Of a DNA stretch of 64,000 bases, positions 1 through 13,327 are shown in pieces; position 1 is the stretch's first letter; every line of letters begins with the position of its first letter. The DNA is from Octopus sinensis (Eukaryota). Below the pieces are notes generated by a model. The model was not told the DNA's origin and made no database searches. It saw nothing but the letters and a program-made list of their open reading frames with translations. A program made the position numbers and the translations under genes. The stretch is from the NCBI RefSeq assembly GCF_006345805.1, contig NC_043007.1, forward strand, positions 11,532,001 through 11,596,000. Direction: 5' to 3'.

Positions 1-63
1 TGCTGGAGGAACCTAGCAGAACCTCCTCTCCACCTCACTTCTTGGATGCAACACATATCAACA

Positions 64-163
64 NNNNNNNNNNNNNNNNNNNNNNNNNNNNNNNNNNNNN
101 NNNNNNNNNNNNNNNNNNNNNNNNNNNNNNNNNNNNNNNNNNNNNNNNNNNNNNNNNNNNNNN
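64..163. other. Assembly gap (100 N)
   Basis: Run of exactly 100 N, typical of a scaffolding gap of unknown size. Confidence 0.98.
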
Positions 164-883
164 ATATTTAATAGTAAATAAATTTCTTACAGGTCTCCAT
201 TAATGCAAAATGCAAAAATCTTTTAAAACGCTACATTCTCAGGTGAAGGAAAATGCTTGTTAACTACTAACATCTCAAAATTTCAAGAATGCAAAGTCAA
301 TATTTAAATGGAATGTTAAAAATTATGGAAGACAATAAGGATAAAATTAATATAAAATAATAATTTGTCTTACAAATGGATGGAAAGGAATTTTAGTAAT
401 ATAATTAAAAAGTAACTAGTACATATTTTTAGTATAATAAAAGGAAGAAGATATATTTATTACTAAAAATCTTGAAAATAAAAGGTTGTAAAAATAGAGA
501 AAAAAATTATAACAAACTGAAACTTAATAAAATATTTAGAGACAATGTTTACGAAATAAAGGGATTGATTTAAACAAGAGAAATATGAACAATGTTAAAT
601 TAAAAAATTTAAAAAATTTGGAGATATAAGTAGATATTTTTAAAAATTCATAGAAAGTATGGAAGACAATGAGAATAAAATCAATATACATTAATAAGAA
701 AGTTTTTTTAAGAGGAGAAGGGAGATTTATTAAAATATTAAGAAATAATTAGGATCTTATATTGTTTTGGTATAAGAAAAGGAAAAACATATATTTATTC
801 TTTATTGAGTCAGAGTTTGGAAAATATAGAGTTTGATATCAACATGAAAAATATGAAAAACATTAAATTAAAGATTAAAGGTC

Positions 884-990
<107 letters not shown>

Positions 991-1427
991 AATAGAGAAT
1001 AGGCTGTAATGCAGTTTAAGATTAATATATTTTAGTATTGTAGATTGGGATAGATTAAAGCATATACCGTAAGTATATAAAAACAATATTAATATACATT
1101 CATTAAGTATTGTTTAGAATACATAATTATAGTTATAATTACAAGTAGGTACACTAAAAAATATTTTTATACCTAAACATCGTATAAACATTATTATTAT
1201 CTAAATAATTTTAAAATATGAATTATCTTTATATTCAAGGTGATGGAATTGATTATATAAATAGTTAAATACCATTATTAGGGGCATGAATAATTATCAT
1301 TAGTAAGATAATGATAAAGCAATAGAAAAAAATCATATATATATATATATTCAATATGTGTCCGTGTGTGTATCGTTGGCGATTTTCTTTCTCCATCTTC
1401 CCTTCCTTGGACCTTTCCTTTTTCTAT

Positions 1428-1462
1428 GTTTCTGACAAAGGGCTCTACTCGAATCGTTAAAT
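1428..1462 (+). ncRNA. Degenerate hammerhead-like motif (paralog of 18140-18174)
   Basis: gttt CTGACAA a gggctctactc GAAT cgtt aaat. The downstream tail (ccaataa...gttttcatgtttggattaac-(TA)n) matches the 18.1 kb copy. Core has G8A and A15.1U changes, so probably inactive. Confidence 0.5.
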
Positions 1463-1591
1463 CCTCCTTCTTTCTTTCCTTTCCTGAGTGTCCAATAACA
1501 CTATGCTTGTTTCACATCCTCGTTGTGTTTTCTCTTTGTTTTCATGTTTGGATTAACTATATATATATATATACACACACACATATATGTG

Positions 1592-1634
<43 letters not shown>

Positions 1635-1923
1635 TATATATTATACTACTGCTACTACTAGCATTTTGTTACTTACAATGATAAGGCTTCCAGTTGATCC
1701 AATCCACAAAGCAGCCTGCTTGTGAAATTAAGTGTCTTGCTTAAGGGCATAAGGCGTTGCCAGTAATTGAACTCTTGATCTTACAGTCATGAGCCAAATA
1801 CCTTAACCACTGAGCCACGTACCTTCACCACACACACACACACACAACCACCCACATGCACACATAGAAATATATATATATACATATATACAGACACATA
1901 TATACATACATACATATATACAT

Positions 1924-1958
<35 letters not shown>

Positions 1959-2076
1959 CACATATACGTATATACAGAGACACACATAGACAGAAGCACA
2001 CACAAATATATATATATATTTATATATATACATATGTGTATATACACAAGCACACATACACACACACACACAACTA

Positions 2077-2232
2077 ACTACACTCACGGAGTGGTTAGCG
2101 TTAGGAAGGGCATCCAGCTGTAGAAACACTGCCAGATCTGACTGGCCTGGTGCAGCCTTCGGGCTTCCCAGACCCCAGTTGAACCGTCCAACCCATGCTA
2201 GCATGGAAAGCGGACGCTAAACGATGATGTGA
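2077..2232 (+). mobile_element. 5'-truncated RTE LINE 3' end
   Basis: ttaggaagggcatccagctgtagaaac...ccaacccatgctagcatggaaa ending in (GAT)n; same sequence as the 3' UTR of the longer copy at 52768-53453. Confidence 0.75.
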
Positions 2233-2306
2233 TTGATGATGATATATATATTATATATATATATATATTATATGTACATAACACACACACAACACACACA
2301 CACATA

Positions 2307-2349
<43 letters not shown>

Positions 2350-2592
2350 CTACACACACCACACACACACACATAATCAAATAAACTACAAAGAATCTGG
2401 TGTTGGTCTGCAACAGCAAGACTTATGCTATTTAGTAAACTCAACAAAAAGAGTACATTGAACTTGGCATGAGAAGTGGAAAATGCAATGTTTAAAACAG
2501 AGTCTTTGTTCAGGGAACTGTTGACTCAACATATCTATGTAAATGTATGTACATATGTACATATGTATGTATGTGTGTGTGTATGTGGGGCA

Positions 2593-2627
<35 letters not shown>

Positions 2628-3421
2628 GACAGAGAAAGATCTGTGAGTCATGTTTAAAACCAGTGAGAGGGGTTGATGTGCTATGTTAAAATCGGTCATA
2701 AGGGTGGGTTACCAATTCCTGTCACCAACCACAGAGGCTGAATGAATATAGTTTCTACAAATTTCAGAACTGAATCTGACAAATTTCAGTACTAAATCTG
2801 ACATGTTTCTAAATATACATAAACGAAATGAAATTACACATAATGTAATTATTTACCTGAGCTTTCATCTCCAATTTTCTGCTATTAAGGTGACTTCGTT
2901 ATCTTAACTCTGGGCAGAATGCAAAAAAAAAATTTTCTTGTCACATGATGTGTATTATTTTGTACATTAATTAAATTTCTACAAATTTCAGAACGAAATC
3001 TTGATACATTTTTCCCCTAACTATATATATATACAAAATAAAATTATATATAACATAATTATTTAGCTTAGATGTCATCATGTAAAAATCCAATGTTGTG
3101 TCATCGTGGAAACTCATTCAGAAAAACTCTGGACTGGAAACTAAATCTGTTATTACAAAAGCATCATAATAACTAAATTTCTACAAATTTGAATGATGAT
3201 TTTTGAGTGATGATTTTTATGAAATGTGCCAAGATTTCTATTGCAAACTGTGTAATTTAGCAATAAGCATAGAATTTATCTTTTAAATTTTACTTGTTTC
3301 AGTCATTAGACTGTGGCCATGCTGGGGCACCGCTTTTGAAGGATTTTTAGTTAAATGACTTGACCCGAGTACTTATTTAAATTTTCTCTAAGTCTGGTAC
3401 ACTATCTTTTGAATTTCTACC

Positions 3422-3556
3422 ATTTTGGGGTCTCCTGGCATCTGAGCTAGGTAGCAATCAGCCCTTTTGCTATCATTCCTAGGGCAGCTATGACAACAGG
3501 TATTGTTTTAGTCTTGAGGTTTCACATTTTGCCAATTTCTATTTCAAGATCTATAA

Positions 3557-3616
<60 letters not shown>

Positions 3617-3692
3617 CATTCTATGTTTGACTTTTGCTTTATGTTTGTACAAGTTGACTCCAAGTCTCACCCAGAGACCTCAAGAGACAACA
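3422..3692 (-). mobile_element. Dong/R4-like (RLE) LINE fragments interleaved with (AAT)n
   Basis: Minus strand reads about DLEIEIGKM*NLKTKTIPVVIAALGMIAKG..CYLAQMPGDP, homologous to the 11.8 kb fragment. A separate putative 3' UTR piece lies at 3622-3692. Both abut AAT arrays. Confidence 0.7.
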
Positions 3693-3737
3693 ATTATTAT
3701 TATTATCATTATTTTTATTATCATTATCATTATTATT

Positions 3738-3787
<50 letters not shown>

Positions 3788-3794
3788 CATTATT

Positions 3795-3829
<35 letters not shown>

Positions 3830-3830
3830 C

Positions 3831-3883
<53 letters not shown>

Positions 3884-3896
3884 TATCATCATTATT

Positions 3897-3968
<72 letters not shown>
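3554..3968. repeat. (ATT)n/(ATC)n trinucleotide arrays
   Basis: Direct reading; source of the poly-Ile and Tyr/His ORFs. Confidence 0.95.
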
Positions 3969-4958
3969 TTAAAATATGTTATGTACTCCATCAACTTACC
4001 ATTTTTTGAGGGGGTGTGTTTGCTTTTGTATTTTTCTTTTTTTTTTTTTGGAAACCACTGAAGCTGAGGAGGGGCTGAGATGTCATGGTGAGCATAACTG
4101 CTGACATTACTGTTACTTTATGAGTATGACTCAAAATACCCATATGTTAAGAGGAAATATCTAAGGCTGGCTCCTACATAACTGACACTTCCATATTTAT
4201 AATCCCTTCCTCCATCCTAGGAGACATATCAATAGATTCTTTGTTCTTTCCTTCTGTTCTGTTTATCAAAAGTTTTTCTTGCAGTATTTGTTGTTGGTGG
4301 TGTTGAGGTTGGGTTTGGGGTTGTTGTTGCTGTTGTTGTTGTTGTTGTTATAGTATCAGCAACAGCATGTTTTTGTTGTGTGTGTGTGTGTTGTTTTTTT
4401 TTTCTGATCATAGGCAGAACCCTAATACAGTTACTACTGAAATAATATAGAAAGTTCTGCTTAATATACACACACATTTACACGCACACACACACATACA
4501 CATGCGCACACACACACACACACACGTGTGCACACACATGCACAAGCAGACACATGTACATACACACATATGCACATACACACACACGTGTGTGCACACA
4601 GACACATGTACACACACACACACACACACACATGCACACACTCACATGCATACACACACACACGCGCACACACACACAATGCACACATACACACACATGC
4701 ACACACACATATGCACATGCACACACACATGCACACGCCCACACGCACACACACATACACATGCACACACATGCACAGACACACATACACACACACACAC
4801 ACACTTTCACGCAAATACAAACCATCTTCCATAAATTGTCTGGCAGTTAAAATGTCAATGATATGTTTTACATATTGCTACATATGTCAGACAAGATAGA
4901 TAAGTCCAGTAACAGAGTCTTGCATATAGATATCCTCCATCCACCTCTTCATCACCAG

Positions 4959-4990
<32 letters not shown>

Positions 4991-5089
4991 CTACTACCAA
5001 TTGTCTTTGTTATCATCATCATCACCATCATCACCCTCATCACCATCATCACCATCATCAATTCTGTTTCGATATCCATTTTTCAATCT

Positions 5090-5790
5090 TGACAGCCGTA
5101 ATTGTGGTTGTTGATGCCTGTGTCTCAACAAGTTTGTCGATGAGGGTGTCAAAGCTTTTGAAGTATTATGGAGAACACAGGGGATGGTCTGAGAGACATT
5201 CCAGGAAACATTTCTCTCTTGGTAATTTCCAAACAATTGAATCTGATCCAAAGAGCTGTTGCATTATTTAATAGAGATATAAGATCTTTTCTTATCACAA
5301 AGAATTTTTCACTGACCAACTATTGGTAGCACCGTTTATCAGATAATCCTGTCAAACTAAGTAGCTTCTCTTTCAGATGCTAGATGCATGAATTGGTCTC
5401 TGGGGTTAATATCCTGCAAATCCTGATGCAAAGATCATGTAAGTTTTGAAGTAAAGATTTAGTGATATTGTAGAACAAACAAATTGTGGACAATCTCACC
5501 ATCTTGTTTGTTCAGCAATAATGTGTCAGACATTAAACAATGATTCAGTTTGAGAGAACCAGAGTTAGGTCTGTCGACTCCTGTATTACGGTAGCTTACT
5601 TGAGTAGGTGGCGTTCTCCTTCAGCTACGAGAAGGCCTGTTTTGATATAAAACCTGCAATTTGTAGGTCACTGCAGCTGTCTTGGCCCACTGAGACACTG
5701 TGGTCAGACCTCCAAGTCTGGATCAGATTGCATGAATTGATTCTCTATTTAAAAACTACAAAGTGCAAGCAGGAAGAAGAGCCACGCATT
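5090..5790 (+). mobile_element. Highly decayed CR1/L2-group LINE 3' ORF2 remnant
   Basis: Fragments KQLNLIQRAVALF and PTETLWSDL resemble the post-RT C-terminus of CR1-group ORF2; many stops and frameshifts. Confidence 0.4.
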
Positions 5791-5951
5791 GATGGATCAG
5801 TTTACATAACCACTTGAGGATTTACCTCTCTTCCTCATGTTTTTTGGACATGAAGAAACTGCCTTCATTACGGAAATTCGATTGTGATAGCTCAGATCTA
5901 TTGTTGATGTTTAGCTCTGATCAAAGGCATATCAGCTACAAAGGTCCCATC

Positions 5952-7187
5952 TATTGAGTCATCCCATGAATAATGCAGTTTTTTTCAATTGCATGAACTA
6001 AAAGTTGGATGGAGATGGGATAAACTACCTGCATCAACTTGCTAGAAAAGCAGGTAGTAATTTTACTTTGTCCTTATTCTTAGTGCAAGTTTTGAAGAGT
6101 GCAGTTCAAATTTAACACTTATTCTTTCAAAGCCATAACCGAAGTGACAAAGGAGCATATTCGGCATATTTTGCTTTATTAGTTCAATAAAGGCAACGAT
6201 GCAATGGAAAATGCAAGGAATATTGATGCAGTATATGGGGATTGGACAATAAACATAAGCTACTGTCAACGATGGTTCCAGAAATTCCAAACTGGTAACT
6301 ACAGCCTAGAAGATGAGCCTCATTCAGGAAGATCTGCAAACCCTGGTGGAACAAAATCCCATCATAACTGTTGAGGAACTAGCTGAGAAGCTTAGATTTG
6401 GTCATTCTACTATTCATCATCATCTATGTGCCATTGGAAAAGTCAGCAAATTGGGTCAATGGGTTCCACACAAACTTTGCGAGTCTAATCACATGCAGAG
6501 AGTGAATATGTGCTCTTCTTTGCTGTCACGTCTCATGAATGAACCGTTTCTGAACCAAATAGTGACTGGTGACGAGAAATGGATTCACTATAAAAATGTC
6601 AAGCACCAAAGAAAGGAGAAACACCAGCATCCCAGGCTAAAGAAGGTCTTCACCCACGTAAGGTGTTGTTATCTGTTTGGCAGGACATGACAGGTTTAGT
6701 CCTCTTTGAACTTTTAAACCCAAGCCAAATGATAGCAAAGGAGATCTACAGCAAGCAGTTTGATTGGCTTAAGTCAGCACTAGGAGGAAAATAACCTTCT
6801 TTGGTTTCAAGATGGAAGCGTTCTTCCATCAGGATAATGCTTGGCCACATACAGCAAGGATGACATTCCAAAGGTTGGAGCAGTTTGAATGGGAAAAATT
6901 ACCCCACCCACCATATTCACCGGACATCTAATTACCATTTATTCTGCAGTCTTCAAAATTATTTAGACAGAAACAATATGAATTCTGTAGACGAGGTCAG
7001 AACAATAGTGGAGTATTTTTCATCACAGACAAGTGAATTTTGGAAGAGGGGCCCTGCAAGTCTACCAGTTAGATGGAAAAGCATTGTAGAAAATAAAGGA
7101 GAGTATATTTTAGATTTAAAAAGAAATAATTTTTAAAAATAAAAGAAGCATAAAAAATGTCCGTATTATTTATGGGATGACCCAATA
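5952..7187 (+). mobile_element. Near full-length mariner (DD34D) transposon relic
   Basis: TIRs tattgagtcatcccatgaataatgcag and ccgtattatttatgggatgacccaata with TA ends. Transposase pieces EHIRHILLY, WVPHKL, IVTGDEKW (6562-6582), FHQDNAWPH, HPPYSPDI and SNYHLF (third D to N). Stops and frameshifts present. Confidence 0.93.
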
Positions 7188-7482
7188 TTTAGGGGACCTG
7201 GGATGACATCATCTAAGGTGTCCTTTCTTATACAGGGCAGCGGATGGGATGATTTGAGTGAGGTTTGGCAGCTATTTCTAACTGGTTGGGATATTACCCA
7301 GAAGTTTCCTTGTTAGTAAGACACTTTTTTGTTTTCTTGAAGTATGCTTCTTGTTCAAGCATTTAATTCTGAGTTCAAATGGTGTCAAGGTTAACTTTAC
7401 CTTTCACCCTTTTGAGGTCAATAAAATAAGTACCAGATGTATGCATGAATATATATATATATATCTATATCTATATATATAT

Positions 7483-7627
7483 AGGAGGAGTGGCTGTGTG
7501 GTAAGTAGCTTGCTTACCAACCACATGGTTCCAGATTCAGTCCCACTGCATGGCACCTTGGGCAAGTGTCTTCTGCTGAAGCTTGTGAGTGGATTTAGTG
7601 GACAGAAACTGAAAGAAACCTGTCGTG

Positions 7628-7662
<35 letters not shown>

Positions 7663-7901
7663 GAATGTATGTATGCATATATATATGCATGCATGTGTGT
7701 TTGTGTTTGTTCCCCCCAACATGGCTTTACAACTGATGCTGGTATGTTTATGCCCCTATAACTTAGTTGTTCGGCAGAGAGACTGACAGTATAAGTACTA
7801 GTCTTACAGTGAATAAGTCCTGGGGTCGATTTACTCGACTAAAAGTGGTGCTCCAGCATGGCCGCAGTCAAATGACTGAAACAAATAAAAGAATAAAAGA
7901 A
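7483..7901 (+). mobile_element. tRNA-derived SINE family A with internal (TA)/(TG) microsatellite
   Basis: Head ggagtggctgtgtggtaagtagcttgcttaccaaccacatggttcc, ttgggcaagtgtcttct segment, tail ggtgctccagcatggccgcagtcaaatgactgaaacaagtaaaaga. About 20 full or partial copies in the window. Confidence 0.85.
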
Positions 7902-8073
7902 TATATATATATATATAAATATATATAATGTATATGAGTGTGTATATATATTTATGTATATATATATATATATAGTTATATATCTATATCTATCTATCTC
8001 TCTTTATATAGGTATGTCCATATATGTATGTGTGTGTATATATATATATATATATTATATATATATATATATA

Positions 8074-8250
8074 CAGGGTGGCCCAAAAGTAGGTTTACAG
8101 TTATGACATAGGCACTATAAATTTCTTTTAAAACAGTTTATCACATTTAAATTTCTATCTTACAAACTGAAAAGGGAGCTTGACAAAATTAATTAAGTCA
8201 GCATAGAATGATGGTTTCAGATTTTCTTATAATTAAGGTTTAAACTATTA
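8074..8250 (+). mobile_element. Left end of a Tc1/mariner-type element
   Basis: ta|CAGGGTGGCCCAAAAGT terminus; no matching right TIR found. Confidence 0.4.
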
Positions 8251-8761
8251 ATGTATGAAAAGATTGCAAGACGCAACGAAAATTTTAGGAAAATAAAAAT
8301 AAGAAATAAGTGGAAATTTTACCAGTGAGTGTGTTACATTATAAGGAACAAAAATAAATTGACTCTCCCCAGACACAGCAGTATATATATACATATATAT
8401 ATTAACATATATACCAAACAGTTTGGTATGTACCTGAGTATATTTAATTAAAAATATACCAAATCTTCTGGCATTGGTTTCAGATAATATATATATATAA
8501 TATATATAGATATATAATATATATATTATATATATATAGTATATATATGTATACATACATTTATACATATACATATATGTCATTATGTGAAATCATCCTC
8601 ATCAACATTAAAGTTCATACATCTGCTCTTTTCTATGCTAGTTAGGATTGGACTGGACTTTGCTGAGGTCAGTATACAATGGCCAGGTGCTCTTCATGAT
8701 ACTGACCCTTGCTTGTTTTTAAAGTAAATTACGTCATTAATTAGATGACCCCATTACATCA

Positions 8762-9145
8762 CGATGACGATGATGATGATGATGACGACGACGACGACAA
8801 TGATGATGATGATGGTGAAGATGATGATGATGATGATGATGATGATTATGATGATGATTACGACGACGATGATGATGATGATGACGACAACGACGATGAC
8901 GATGACGATGATGATGATGATGACGATGACGATGATGATGGTGATGATGATGATGAAGATGATGATGATGAGGATGACGATGATGATGTTGATGATGATG
9001 ATGATGACAATGATGATGATGATGAGGATGACGATGATGATGAAAATGATGATGACAATGATGATGATGATGAGGATGACGATGATGATGATGATGTTGA
9101 TGATGAATACATCATCATCGCCGTCGTCGTCATCGTCGTCATCAT
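8762..9145. repeat. (GAT/GAC)n array
   Basis: Direct reading; source of the poly-Asp, poly-Met and poly-Ser ORFs. Confidence 0.95.
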
Positions 9146-9839
9146 TTAACTGCAGAGAATGCCTGACATTTTGTTCATGTCATTGAACATAAACAAAAAC
9201 ACCATCAACATTTGGTGAATGGCATCAGTAGTACAACGCAAGGATACACACACACGCACACAACACACACACATGCACTCACACACACACAAGCGCACAT
9301 ATATGCACACACACATACAAACATACGCACACACACACACACACAACAAATGATGGGCGTTCTTAACAATTTCCATCAAGCAAATTTCCCTTCCAATGCA
9401 TCGAAGGATGACTCGAGACTGTAGTAGGAGTCACTTGCCCAAAGTGCCACGCATACTCATATAGCTCCTCACAACAGACATGTCACTCGGTGCAACGATG
9501 CATCAGCTCACAACAGCAGTGTCATTCGGTGCAATGATGCGTCAGCCAATGCATAAATGCATGACCCAGTTTGCAGACAAATGACATGGTATGTTAGAAT
9601 ACCTGCCTGTCTGTCTGTTTGTCTGTCTATCTGTCTGTCTGTCTGCTGTCTGTCATTCAGTTTCTTTCTTTATTGTTCTATCTATTTATCTATCTGTTTA
9701 TTTCTTTCTCGATATATCCATCTATCTATCTACTTATTTACCTGTCTGTCTGTCTGTCTGTCCGTCTATTTATCTATTTGTCTGTCTGCCTCTCTGTCTA
9801 TCTCTCTGTCTGACTGTCTATCATCAATCTGTCCATTTG

Positions 9840-9876
<37 letters not shown>

Positions 9877-9958
9877 ATATTTTTACATCTCTCTCTCTCC
9901 CTCTGTATCTATCTCTTTATCTATCTATCTATCAATCTACCTACCTATCTATCTACAC

Positions 9959-10004
<46 letters not shown>

Positions 10005-10043
10005 CTCTTCTCTCTCTATCTCTCTCTCTCTTCTCTCTCTCTA

Positions 10044-10090
<47 letters not shown>

Positions 10091-10145
10091 CTCTCTCCCT
10101 CTCTATCTGTCTGTCTGTCTGCCTGCCTCTCTGTCTGTCTATCTA

Positions 10146-10176
<31 letters not shown>

Positions 10177-10181
10177 TTCTG

Positions 10182-10242
<61 letters not shown>

Positions 10243-10494
10243 TTATCAATCTATTGCATGCAGCAATCTCCCACCACCACCACCACCACCACCACACACA
10301 CACACAAATACATAGAATCATCTACTGGTATAAATGTTTGTCTGATTGTTCTGAAATAACTCCATAAATTCTTGACAAATCTGGACCAAAATTTGCATAA
10401 ATCTCTCAAAATCATATAAAAAAAAACACAGGTAGCTGAAGAACTCTATAGTGCAATACTTATGCATTGTATAATGTACATGCTCAACCAGACA

Positions 10495-10539
<45 letters not shown>

Positions 10540-10645
10540 CACACACACACACACACATACACACACACAAACACACATGTGCACACACACACACACACAC
10601 GCATGCACAGAAACCCTGTGGAATACCATATACCTTTGTGTTTGG

Positions 10646-10850
10646 CACTAGCAATAGCTACAGTGTGTGCTGCCTGGGGCTGCCCATCCGTTTGCCACCC
10701 CTGGACCCCTCAAAAGATACATATTGTTACAGCAATACCTTACAACAGGATGAAAATTGCCACCCCTTTAAAAGTGTCACCCAGGGCTGACCACCCCTTC
10801 TACCCCCCTGCTCCCTGCTCCCCCCTCCCTTCCTCCTAGCCACACTAGTT
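10646..10850 (-). mobile_element. hAT-like MITE, copy 1
   Basis: Ends cactagcaatagcta and tagccacactagt; reverse-complement homolog of 11192-11340; imperfect 8-bp flanking duplication. Confidence 0.5.
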
Positions 10851-11191
10851 TGGTTTGGCAATCTGCCATTGTTCAGACCAACAAATTCATAGTTTTCTAT
10901 TGTATCTGAGAGGAGGGTCATTATGTTATTAACCCTTCCTACGAAAGTCACACTGACCCAAGTTGGTTACACTGACCCAAGTGTTCAACTGGTACCTATT
11001 TTATTGATACAAAAAGAATGGCAGGTAAATTTGACCACCGCAGGATTTGAACCCAGAATATAAAGAGATGGAAGAAATGCCTGTTAGCATTTTGTCCAGC
11101 ATGCTAGTGATTCTGCAAACTCACCAACTTAATATTAATAATAATCCTTTCTACTATAGGCACAAGGCCTGAAATGGGGGAGGGGTATAGC

Positions 11192-11340
11192 CACTAGCGT
11201 AGCTACGTGGGGGTGGTAGGGGCGGTCTGACCAGGGCAGCACTTTTGGGTCTCTTGTAGGCAATATGTGTTTTTTATGGGGTCTGGGGGCTGCATATGGA
11301 AGGGCTGCCCCGGGTAGCACACACTCTAGTTATGTTAGTG
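11192..11340 (+). mobile_element. hAT-like MITE, copy 2, inserted in a SINE B relic
   Basis: About 14-bp TIR cactagcgtagcta / tagttatgttagtg; flanks ggtatagc and gttatagt (6 of 8 match). Confidence 0.5.
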
Positions 11341-11584
11341 GTTATAGTCGATTACATCAACCTGAAGAAAATTCTAACTGGGCCCCACCTGCAATGTCAA
11401 GCACTATTTATCATGATACAAGATCACCATGTTGCACACAGATGATTGTGATGCATGTGCCTGGTGTACCCTTATCAGACAGGTAGTCATGATGGGTATA
11501 TTGGGCTTTGTATATTTATACCTCAGTGTCACTTTGATGGCATTCACTGCTCTCTCACTCAATAATAAAAATGATGATAATAAC

Positions 11585-11631
<47 letters not shown>

Positions 11632-11763
11632 CCCTTTCTACTATAGGTACAAGGCCTGAAATTTGGGGGAGGGGAATAGTCGATTACATTGACCCTAGTA
11701 CTCAACTGGTACTTAATTTATCTAACCCGAATGGATGAAAGGCAGAGTCGACCTCGACAAAAT

Positions 11764-11794
<31 letters not shown>

Positions 11795-12250
11795 GGCATG
11801 TTTATTAATTGACATAAGTACTCCTTGCGATCACAATATAGTGGCGAAAGAATTTGACAAGATCAGTAAATATAAAGATTTGCTAATAGAAATTGAAAAA
11901 ATGTAGCATCTCAAGGCGACTACAGTACCAGTGATTGTAGGATCTCTAAGAATGATAAAAAAAAGGTACTGAAACCTATTTGAAAATGATACCAGGCTTA
12001 CCATCCCTACAGGAAGTGCAAAAAATCGTGTTAGCTGGAACGACTCATGTACTAAGAAGAGCATTATCGGTGTGAAAACAACATCCATCCATGAATTTAT
12101 TTATTTATTAATTTTTTAAATACATATTTTATCTGTGAATTTGCCTGTGTAATCTGAGAATACATACAATGAGCTTCTCTGCCCTAGGTGTACGGAAAAC
12201 ACTTGGCGAGAAATTTGAAGAAAGAAGGAAAAAAAAAATAATAATAATAA
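11795..12250 (+). mobile_element. Dong/R4-like non-LTR retrotransposon 3' end (restriction-like endonuclease)
   Basis: CLLIDISTPCDHNIVAKEFDKISKYKDLLIEIEKM*HLKATTVPVIVGSLRMIKK..ETYLKMIPGLPSLQEVQKIVLAGTTHVLRRALSV* (stop 12073-12075). Shows the RLE D-x..P-x-D...K..KY..L pattern; (AAT)n on both sides. Confidence 0.85.
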
Positions 12251-12487
12251 TTTATTTCTTTATTGCCCACAGGGGTGATCATTTAATTGACCCCGAAAGG
12301 ATGAAAGGCAAATTTGACCTCGGCAGAATTTGAACTCAGAACGTAACGGCAGACGAAATACTGCTAGGTATTATACCCAGTGTGCTAATGTTTCTGCCAG
12401 CTTGCCACCTGATGATAACAATGACCCTTTCTACTAAAAGCACAAGACCCGAAATTTGGGCATTCTAATGATTCTGCCAGTCCATAA

Positions 12488-13327
12488 TACCATAAATACT
12501 CAAGTATAATCCACATTTTTTCTCAAAATTTAAAGGTCAAAATCCCTATTGCGTACTATATACGAGATTAAATATGAAACTTATTTTCTAAGCAATGTCC
12601 GAGTCTCTATTTGCTGTCCGGCAATGTTTATTCAGATGCATTTTCTGATGTCGGGCGCGAAAATACCTTAAGCTAAGCCTGAAAGCAATGAAGTCATAAA
12701 AGAATCATCCATAACTTGCAATAAGCAACATTTATTAAACGTTATTACTGTTATTTCTTTATTTTCTGCAAACAAAATGCACAAAAAAACTACACAAAAA
12801 AGCATATTATACACAAGGTTTAGGTTTTTCAGAGGTACAGCCCCCTAAAAATCCACTGCGTATTATACTCAAGTATAGTCCACTCAAGGGTGGACTATAT
12901 GAAGAAAGGCTGAAGACGCTCGACCTTTATTCTCTAGAAAAACGCCACCGCCGTGGAGATCTCATTCTTGCTCACAACATCATAAGCGGAAAGTGTAACC
13001 TCTCGAAAGAGCTGTTCTTCACTCCTGCTCCAGAGCGTCGGCTGCGGGGTCATTCCGAAAATCTCTATCTGCGACGATTTCATCTCAATCGAAGGAGAGG
13101 GGCTTTCTCCGTCCGGGTTGCGGATCCGTGGAATAAGCTGCCAGACGAGATGGTGAAGATGCCGACGACCGCTCGGTTCAAAGTCTCCCTTGACCTCAAG
13201 TGGCCTGAACTCTTTACATGAATACCACCCTGTACATAACTCCATGTCCCCCTACATGGCCTTGTTTTTGCTTTTTGAGCCAAAAAATTAACTAACTAAC
13301 TAACTAACTACTCAAGGATTTACGGTA
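12488..13327. mobile_element. pogo/Tigger-like MITE interrupted by a CR1
   Basis: Left end taccataaatactcaagtataatccac. Right end after removing the CR1 is gtggactatactcaaggatttacggta, 22/27 match as an inverted repeat; TA termini. Confidence 0.75.
12898..13309 (+). mobile_element. 5'-truncated CR1 LINE with intact ORF2 C-terminus
   Basis: Open frame 12898-13221 (107 aa): YEERLKTLDLYSLEKRHRRGDLILAHNII...RGHSENL...FSVRVADPWNKLPDEMV...FKVSLD. Short 3' UTR and (TAAC)n tail. Confidence 0.93.

Noticed and set aside
320-800. Reading the AT-rich block with a TAA/TAG=Gln (ciliate-type) code
   Set aside because: The translation shows no recognisable domain; AT bias alone explains the stop-codon pattern.
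12882-13317. Apparent 8-bp TSD ACTCAAGG around the CR1
   Set aside because: Better explained as a subterminal repeat of the host MITE; taking it as the TSD gives a worse TIR reconstruction. The true TSD is at most TA.
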